Origin: an uncultured Actinomycetes bacterium
Lineage (GTDB): Bacteria > Actinomycetota > UBA4738 > HRBIN12
Reading direction: 5' to 3'
Length of the DNA stretch: 64,000 nt
Assembly (NCBI GenBank): GCA_964447335.1
Contig: CAYUSA010000001.1
Location: forward strand, 63,091-127,090
The notes under the pieces were generated by a model. It was not told the origin of the DNA, did no database searches, and worked only from the letters and a program-made list of their open reading frames with translations. Position numbers and translations under genes: made by a program. Below, one piece after another: positions 58,291 through 64,000 of the stretch; the stretch's first letter is position 1, and the number at the start of each line of letters is the position of its first letter.

Positions 58291-59753
58291 GTCGCGCCTC
58301 CCTCGAGTACCGCGGGCAGGAGCGCCGCGGCCTTGCTCTTCGTCTCCTGGAGCTCGGCGTCGGGGTCCGAGTCCGCGACGATCCCCGCACCGGTCTGGAT
58401 GTGCGCGACGCCGTCGGCTACGACCGCGGTGCGGATCGTGATGCAGAAGTCCAGATCGCCGGCGAACGTGCAGTAGCCGACGGCGCCGGCGTACGGGCCT
58501 CGAGCGGTCGGTTCGTTCGCCGCGATGATCTCCATCGCGCGGCGCTTCGGCGCGCCGGTCACCGTCCCGGCGGGGAACGTGACCGCCAGCGCATCGAGTG
58601 GGTGCATGCCCTCGGCGAGCTCACCCTCGACGGTGCTCACGATGTGCATGACCTTCGAGAAGCGCTCGACCGTCATGAGCTCGGTCGGGCGCACGGTCCC
58701 CGGCGTGCAGACGCGGCCGAGGTCGTTCCGCGCGAGGTCCACAAGCATCGCGTGCTCGGCGCGCTCCTTCGGGTCGGCGAGGAGCTCGTGCTCGTACAGG
58801 CGGTCCCGCAGCTCGGTCTCGCCGCGCGGGCGCGTGCCGGCGATCGGGCGCGTCGTCACCGTGCGGCCCTCGACCCGCACGAGCGGCTCGGGCGAGGAGC
58901 CGGCGAGCTCGAGGCCGAGCATCCGCACGAAGAACATGTACGGGGCCGGGTTCGACACGCGCAGGCGCCGGTAGATGGGGAACCCGCCGCGGCTCGCGGG
59001 GAACGACACACGGCGCGACGGCACGCCCTGGAAGATGTCTCCGGCGAGGATGTGCTCCTTCATCCCACGGACGATCTCCCGGTAGCGCTCGTCGGGCATG
59101 TTCGGCTCGCCGGTGACGTCGACGTACGCCGCCCCGCCGCCGAGCGGCTCGGGCGGAGGTGCGGTCGGTGTCGCCAGTCTCGCGGCCAGGTCCTCGAGCG
59201 CGGCGACCCCGTCGTCGTAGCCGCCTGCCGGCACGTGCGCGACGAGGAGCAGCCGTTGCCGCCAGTGGTCGAACACGACGGCGCGGTCCACCACGAGGAG
59301 CCCGATCGGCGGGCCCGTGACGTCGCCCTCGGGCGTGGGATGGCCGTCCAGGAGCCCGGCGGCCTCGTAGGAGAGGTAGCCCATCAGGCCACCCGTGAGC
59401 GAGGGGAGTCCTTCCAGGCGAGGGGAGCGCAGCCCCTCGGCGAGCGCTCGGAGATCGGCGCGGGCGTCACCCGTCGAGGCCGCGGCCGGCAGCGGCCGGG
59501 CCACGTCCCCCACGCGGAGACCATCCTCGTCCACGACGACGACCGCGGCCGGGTCGCCGGCGACGAACGAGTAGCGTCCCCAGCGTTCGGAGCGCTCCAC
59601 GCTCTCGAGCAGGATCCCGGGACCGTCGCCGGCGAGGGACGGGAACACCCCGACCGGTGTCGAGACGTCGGCGAGGAGCTCGGTCCACACGGGAACGAGC
59701 GGCCACGATGCGGCGAGCGCCTCGAACGCCGAGCGATCCGGCCGAACCAGCAC
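58287..59753 (-). CDS. anthranilate/aminodeoxychorismate synthase component I (TrpE/PabB)
   Basis: Chorismate-binding domain ([47 protein letters not shown]). GTG start at 59753 preceded by GGAGGAGG. The ORF-track 990-aa frame is an artefactual upstream extension. Confidence 0.85.
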   Translation of the reverse strand: MLVRPDRSAFEALAASWPLVPVWTELLADVSTPVGVFPSLAGDGPGILLESVERSERWGRYSFVAGDPAAVVVVDEDGLRVGDVARPLPAAASTGDARADLRALAEGLRSPRLEGLPSLTGGLMGYLSYEAAGLLDGHPTPEGDVTGPPIGLLVVDRAVVFDHWRQRLLLVAHVPAGGYDDGVAALEDLAARLATPTAPPPEPLGGGAAYVDVTGEPNMPDERYREIVRGMKEHILAGDIFQGVPSRRVSFPASRGGFPIYRRLRVSNPAPYMFFVRMLGLELAGSSPEPLVRVEGRTVTTRPIAGTRPRGETELRDRLYEHELLADPKERAEHAMLVDLARNDLGRVCTPGTVRPTELMTVERFSKVMHIVSTVEGELAEGMHPLDALAVTFPAGTVTGAPKRRAMEIIAANEPTARGPYAGAVGYCTFAGDLDFCITIRTAVVADGVAHIQTGAGIVADSDPDAELQETKSKAAALLPAVLEGGAT

Positions 59754-59891
59754 CCCGTTCCTCCTCCGCGGTAGGCGGCTCGTGGCCGAGCCCGCCCTCT
59801 CGGTCGTTCGAGGGTACCCGTCCCGCCGCGCGGCCGACGCTCGGCGGGTGCGTGCGTGACGCACCCAGCGACGTCCGCTAGGGTCGGCGAG

Positions 59892-61472
59892 ATGCGCAAC
59901 CTCGACTCGCGCCGGCTCGCGCTCCTCGCCATGTCGCTCGTGGCGGCGGTCGCACTCGCGGCGTCGCCCGCCGGGGCGTTGAGCCCGTCCGAGGCCGACG
60001 CGCGCCTGCGGACCTCGGCGCCGATGGCCCGACGGGTCGTCACGGCTCCCGGCCTGGATCGCCACGCGACGTCCCAGATCCGCCCGGCGGCCGAGGCGAG
60101 CTCCCGCACGACGTTCCGCGGCATCGACCCGACGACCGTCTTCTCGTTCGACGCGATCGGGCGGATCGGCGGCAACTGGCCGGCCGATCCGACTGGCGCC
60201 GTCAGCGACACCTGGTACTTCACCGCCGTGAACACGCACTACGCCCTCTACGACCTCACGGGAGCGGAGACCCTCGGGCCGACGTCGTTCGCCGGAGTGT
60301 TCGACCTGCCTGCCGGCACGCAGGTGTTCGATCCCAAGGTCGTGTACGACCCGTACGGCGACACGTTCGTCCTCGCGTTCCTCGGCGTGAACGACGCGCA
60401 GCAGCGGTCGTGGATCCTCGTGGTCACGATCCCCGACGCGACCGCGGACCAGCGCTCGACGTGGTGCGGGACCAGGATCGGCGGCGACCGCACGAGCGGC
60501 GACGGCAAGCAGTGGCCCGACTACCCCGGCCTCGGGTTCAGCGGGGATCGCGTCACGATCTCGACGAACCAGTTCGACTTCTCCGGCGGGGCTTTCGCCT
60601 CGGCCCAGATCCTGTCCTTCCCGAAGGACAACCTGTACGACTGCTCCCGGGAGGTCTCGTTCGACACCTTCGCCGGCTCCGACACGCGGAACCCGAGCGG
60701 CACGCAGGCCTTCACGATCCTGCCGGCGATCTCCGCGGGCTCCCCGCCCGGGTCGCAGTTCCTCGTCTCGCTCTACGAGGGCAAGCCGGCGAGCCTTGTG
60801 GTGTGGCGCATCAAGCCCTCGGCGGACGGCGCGTCGCTGAAGCGCGCGGCGCTCCCGCTCGGCGGGAAGGTGTCGATCGCGCCGTACGGCACCCAGTGCG
60901 ACGGCAGCCTCCAGCGCTCGGACACGTGGTGGGACCCTGGCGACCTGCGGTTCGTGACCGCGTTCTACGACGCCGATCGTGAGCGGCTGTTCGCCGCCCA
61001 CCCGATCGCGAAGGACATCGGGCCGGACCCGCAGACCGGTGGGTACGTCGAATCCGTGATCCGGTGGTACGACGTGCGGCTGGCCACGAAGCTGGCCGGC
61101 TCGGACATCATGCGGCGCGGGGTCATCGGCGAGCCCGAGTCCGACGTCGGGTGGCCGGCACTCGCGACGGACGTCGACGGGAACCTCATCGTCGCGTACA
61201 GCCAGGCGAGCGCGCCGAACGACGAGTGCCTCTCGGCGCGAGCGGCGCAGGTCCTGCACGAGCGGACCGCCGCCTCGACGGTGCTGCTCGTCCCGGGGGA
61301 GGCGCGGACGGAGGCCATCAAGGGTCCCGAACGCTGGGGCGACTACGCTGCGGCGGTGCGAGACCCCGTCGACGGCACCCGCGTGGTGCTGATCGATCAG
61401 TACGCGGCGGCCGACGGCGGGCAGACCACGATCGACTGGCAGCAGGTCGTGTACGTGCTCACCGCCGGCTGA
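59892..61472 (+). CDS. secreted hypothetical protein (signal peptide, beta-rich)
   Basis: ATG at 59892, a signal peptide (LALLAMSLVAAVALAASPAGA), and 527 aa with no recognised catalytic motif. Confidence 0.6.
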   Translation: MRNLDSRRLALLAMSLVAAVALAASPAGALSPSEADARLRTSAPMARRVVTAPGLDRHATSQIRPAAEASSRTTFRGIDPTTVFSFDAIGRIGGNWPADPTGAVSDTWYFTAVNTHYALYDLTGAETLGPTSFAGVFDLPAGTQVFDPKVVYDPYGDTFVLAFLGVNDAQQRSWILVVTIPDATADQRSTWCGTRIGGDRTSGDGKQWPDYPGLGFSGDRVTISTNQFDFSGGAFASAQILSFPKDNLYDCSREVSFDTFAGSDTRNPSGTQAFTILPAISAGSPPGSQFLVSLYEGKPASLVVWRIKPSADGASLKRAALPLGGKVSIAPYGTQCDGSLQRSDTWWDPGDLRFVTAFYDADRERLFAAHPIAKDIGPDPQTGGYVESVIRWYDVRLATKLAGSDIMRRGVIGEPESDVGWPALATDVDGNLIVAYSQASAPNDECLSARAAQVLHERTAASTVLLVPGEARTEAIKGPERWGDYAAAVRDPVDGTRVVLIDQYAAADGGQTTIDWQQVVYVLTAG

Positions 61473-61507
61473 CGGACGCCCGGCGGCGACGGGTATCCTT
61501 CCAGCCC

Positions 61508-63217
61508 ATGCGACTGTCCGAACTGTTCGTCCCCACGCTCCGCGAAGATCCGGCCGAGGCCGAAGCCGTAAGTCACCGGCTGCTGCTCCGCGGGGGATTC
61601 GTCCGGCAGCTGGCGTCGGGGATCTACACGACGCTGCCGCTCGGCGTCCGCACGATGCGCAAGATCGAGACCATCGTGCGCGAGGAGATGGACGCCTCGG
61701 GCGCGCAGGAGATCCGCATGCCCATCACGCTCCCCGCCGAGGCGTGGAAGGCCTCGGGCCGCTGGGACCTCTACGGCGACCTGCTGTTCCGCTTCACCGA
61801 CCGTCACGGCCGCGAGATGCTCCTCGGCCCGACGCAGGAAGAGGTCGTGACACCGCTCGTCGCGGGGGACCTGCCCTCGTACCGCGACCTTCCCGTCAAC
61901 CTGTACCAGGTCGAGTGGAAGTACCGGGACGAGTTCCGCCCACGGTTCGGCCTGCTCCGCGTCCGCGAGTTCCTGATGAAGGACGCGTACTCGTTCGATC
62001 GCGACGAGCCCGGCATGGCGCGCTCGTACGACGTGATGTACGGCGCGTACCAGCGCATCTTCGATCGGTGCGGCCTCCGGTACGTGATCGTCGAGGCCGA
62101 CCCGGGTCAGATCGGGGGCGGGATCAACCACGAGTTCATGGCGCCGGCCGAGATCGGGGAGGACCTGTTCGTCGAGTGCGAGAACGGCGACTACCTCGCC
62201 GACACCGAGGCCGCCCGTCCCGCGGCCCCCGAGCCGGCCGACCCGACCGACCTCGCGCCCCTCGAGATGCTCGACACGCCCGACACGCCGGCGATCGAGT
62301 CGCTCGCGGCGCTCCTGGACGTCCCCGCGTCACGGACGCTGAAGTGCATCCTGTTCGACGCCGGCGGGCAGACGCTCGCCGTGCTCGTCCCCGGCGACCG
62401 CGAGGTGAACGAGCCGAAGCTCGAGCGCCTGTTCTTCCCGACGCCGGTGCGGGCGTTCGAGGACGCGGACTTCGCCGCTCGGGGCTTCGTGAAGGGCTAC
62501 GTCGGGCCGCAGGCCATGTCCGCCGACGCCGTGGTCCTCGCCGACCACTCGGTGCTCGGCGGCCGGGACTGGGTGACCGGGGCGAACGAGGTCGACCACC
62601 ACGTGTGCGGCGCGAACACGCCGCGCGATTTCCGCGTCGACCGATACGAGGACCTCGTGCAGATCCGCGAGGGTGACCGCTGCCCGAACGACAGCGGCGA
62701 GCTCCGCGTCGGGCGCTCGATCGTGGTCGGGCACATCTACCAGCTCCACACGAAGTACTCGGAGCCGCTGCAGGCGCGCTTCGTTGACGAGGACGGCACC
62801 GAGCGCCTGTACCAGATGGGCTCCTACGGCATCGGTATCTCGCGCATCATGGCCGCCGCCGCCGAGCAGTTCCACGACGACGCCGGCCTCGCGTGGCCGA
62901 AAGCCCTCGCCCCCTTCGAGGTGGTCGTGGTCGTCGCGACCCGGGACCACGAGCGGGCGGTCGCCGAGGCCGAGCGCATCTACAAGGAGCTCCGCGAGCG
63001 CGGCGTCGCCGCGGTGATCGACGACCGCGAGCAGACGGCCGGCGTGAAGTTCGCCGATGCCGACCTCGTCGGGTACCCGGTGCAGGTCGTGATCGGCAAG
63101 CGCGGCATCGAGGCCGGCACCGCCGACCTGAAGCTCCGCGCGACCGGGGAGCGCTCGCAGGTGCCGCTCGCTGTGGCCACCGATGCCGCGCTGGACCTCC
63201 TCGCGTCCGCGCCGTAG
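61508..63217 (+). CDS. proS: prolyl-tRNA synthetase
   Basis: Class II aminoacyl-tRNA synthetase motifs with a bacterial-type insertion domain. The start was chosen at the internal ATG of the ORF-track frame. Confidence 0.9.
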   Translation: MRLSELFVPTLREDPAEAEAVSHRLLLRGGFVRQLASGIYTTLPLGVRTMRKIETIVREEMDASGAQEIRMPITLPAEAWKASGRWDLYGDLLFRFTDRHGREMLLGPTQEEVVTPLVAGDLPSYRDLPVNLYQVEWKYRDEFRPRFGLLRVREFLMKDAYSFDRDEPGMARSYDVMYGAYQRIFDRCGLRYVIVEADPGQIGGGINHEFMAPAEIGEDLFVECENGDYLADTEAARPAAPEPADPTDLAPLEMLDTPDTPAIESLAALLDVPASRTLKCILFDAGGQTLAVLVPGDREVNEPKLERLFFPTPVRAFEDADFAARGFVKGYVGPQAMSADAVVLADHSVLGGRDWVTGANEVDHHVCGANTPRDFRVDRYEDLVQIREGDRCPNDSGELRVGRSIVVGHIYQLHTKYSEPLQARFVDEDGTERLYQMGSYGIGISRIMAAAAEQFHDDAGLAWPKALAPFEVVVVVATRDHERAVAEAERIYKELRERGVAAVIDDREQTAGVKFADADLVGYPVQVVIGKRGIEAGTADLKLRATGERSQVPLAVATDAALDLLASAP

Positions 63218-63226
63218 TCTCCGGCC

Positions 63227-63508
63227 GTGATCGCGCGCCCCCCCGGTCGACTCCAGGACTTCGTGAAGCTCCGCCCCGAGGTCGAGGCCGTCCTGCAGCA
63301 CGTCGGACGCGAGACCTGGGACCTCGTCCTCATCGACCTCGACGGCACCTGGATCCGCGAGGAGTTCCCCTCGAGCGAGACCGCCGAGGCCGCCTGCGGG
63401 GTGCTCGGCGTGCGTCTGCACGCCGGGTGGGACGATCCGAGGATGGCCCGGCGCATGAACGCCCGCGACCATTGGAGCACTCCGGGTGGCCAGCGTCGGG
63501 CCCTCTGA
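63227..63508 (+). CDS. small hypothetical protein
   Basis: 93-aa ORF with a GTG start and third-position GC bias. No homolog recognised. Confidence 0.4.
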   Translation: MIARPPGRLQDFVKLRPEVEAVLQHVGRETWDLVLIDLDGTWIREEFPSSETAEAACGVLGVRLHAGWDDPRMARRMNARDHWSTPGGQRRAL

Positions 63509-63580
63509 GCAGCGGTTCCACTCCCGATCGGGCGCCGCTCCGCTATACTGAACACGTCAACGGAGCGGTTTCACCCCCGG

Positions 63581-63607
63581 AAGTGGGCTCGCGCCCACTT
63601 TCTTTTT
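63581..63607 (+). terminator. intrinsic terminator / leader attenuator hairpin (AAGTGGGC-TCGC-GCCCACTT + TCTTTTT)
   Basis: A perfect 8-bp GC-rich stem with a 4-nt loop and a T-tract, which is rare in this GC-rich sequence. It lies 13 bp upstream of rimP. Confidence 0.6.
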
Positions 63608-63620
63608 CGAGGGACGGAGC

Positions 63621-64000
63621 ATGGACGTCGAGGCACTGGTCGGGCCGGTGGTCGAGGCGTCCGGGCTGGAGCTGTGGCAGGTCTCGTTCCGCGGGGAGGG
63701 CGGACGGAGCGTCCTGCGGGTCTCGGTCGACCGCGAGGGCGGCGTCGACATCGACGCGATCGCGGAGGTCTCCGAGCGCCTGTCCAGGCGCCTCGACCTC
63801 GAGGACTTCGGGCCTCGCGGCTACACGCTCGAGGTGAGCTCCCCGGGGCTCGAGCGGCCGCTCCGGACGCCGCGCCACTTCGAGCGCAGCGTCGGGCAGC
63901 AGGTGAAGGTGAAGACGGTGGAGCCGATCGACGGCTCCAAGGTGCACGAGGGCGCGCTGGTCTCGGCCGATGCGGAGGCGATCGTGGTCGCATCCGCCGG
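63621..64000 (+). CDS. rimP: ribosome maturation factor RimP (5' part; runs off the window's right edge)
   Basis: MDVEALVGPVVEASGLELWQV...YTLEVSSPGLERPL. Confidence 0.85.
   Translation, partial: MDVEALVGPVVEASGLELWQVSFRGEGGRSVLRVSVDREGGVDIDAIAEVSERLSRRLDLEDFGPRGYTLEVSSPGLERPLRTPRHFERSVGQQVKVKTVEPIDGSKVHEGALVSADAEAIVVASA

Noticed and set aside
58287-61259. 990-aa minus-strand ORF-track entry
   Set aside because: Only the 3' 488 codons (58287-59753) are TrpE/PabB. The upstream part is an in-frame antisense read-through of the + strand secreted-protein gene. The real start is a GTG with a ribosome-binding site at 59753.
63544-63549. TATACT hexamer as the -10 of a rimP promoter
   Set aside because: The best upstream -35-like hexamer (TTCCAC at 63516) is 22 bp away, which is too far. 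It is kept only as a note inside the leader finding, not called as a promoter.

Overview
This 64 kb window is a high-GC (about 70%) actinobacterial chromosomal core segment. Gene order closely follows the conserved mycobacterial/streptomycete backbone: thiL-thiD … rpmB/recG … rsmD-coaD-yceD-rpmF-rnc-mutM … smc-ftsY-ffh-rpsP-rimM-trmD-rplS-lepB-rnhB-DUF2469-yraN … yifB-dprA … xerC-(WhiG-like sigma) … rpsB-tsf-pyrH-frr-cdsA-dxr-rseP … ispG … proS-rimP. Nearly all genes read left to right on the + strand. I found no rRNA, tRNA, CRISPR arrays, transposases or integrases. Several accessory-looking insertions sit on this backbone. (1) A two-component signalling island at 7.0-17.0 kb between recG and rsmD holds a 1143-aa hybrid kinase, a paralog that has lost its catalytic domain, an unusual REC-HisKA_3-HATPase protein, a frameshifted HATPase+REC remnant, and a PAS kinase with a LuxR regulator. 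(2) An ECF sigma, a putative anti-sigma and a small membrane protein, plus a divergent DUF1003 gene, are wedged into the ribosomal rpsP-rimM | trmD-rplS operon. (3) An orphan receiver sits between ftsY and ffh. (4) A regulator/kinase/YjbQ trio sits between rseP and ispG. (5) A minus-strand block holds a methyltransferase, VanW, TrpG and TrpE next to a secreted hypothetical protein. The mutM homolog lacks the catalytic Pro2 codon. There is a perfect CRP-type palindrome upstream of an M23 peptidase gene. A hairpin plus U-tract terminator lies 13 bp upstream of rimP. Ribosomal proteins L19 and S2 and the CdsA enzyme each carry an acidic low-complexity extension. Two perfect 20-21 bp tandem duplications are present. 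The many long ORFs antisense to these genes are high-GC artefacts.
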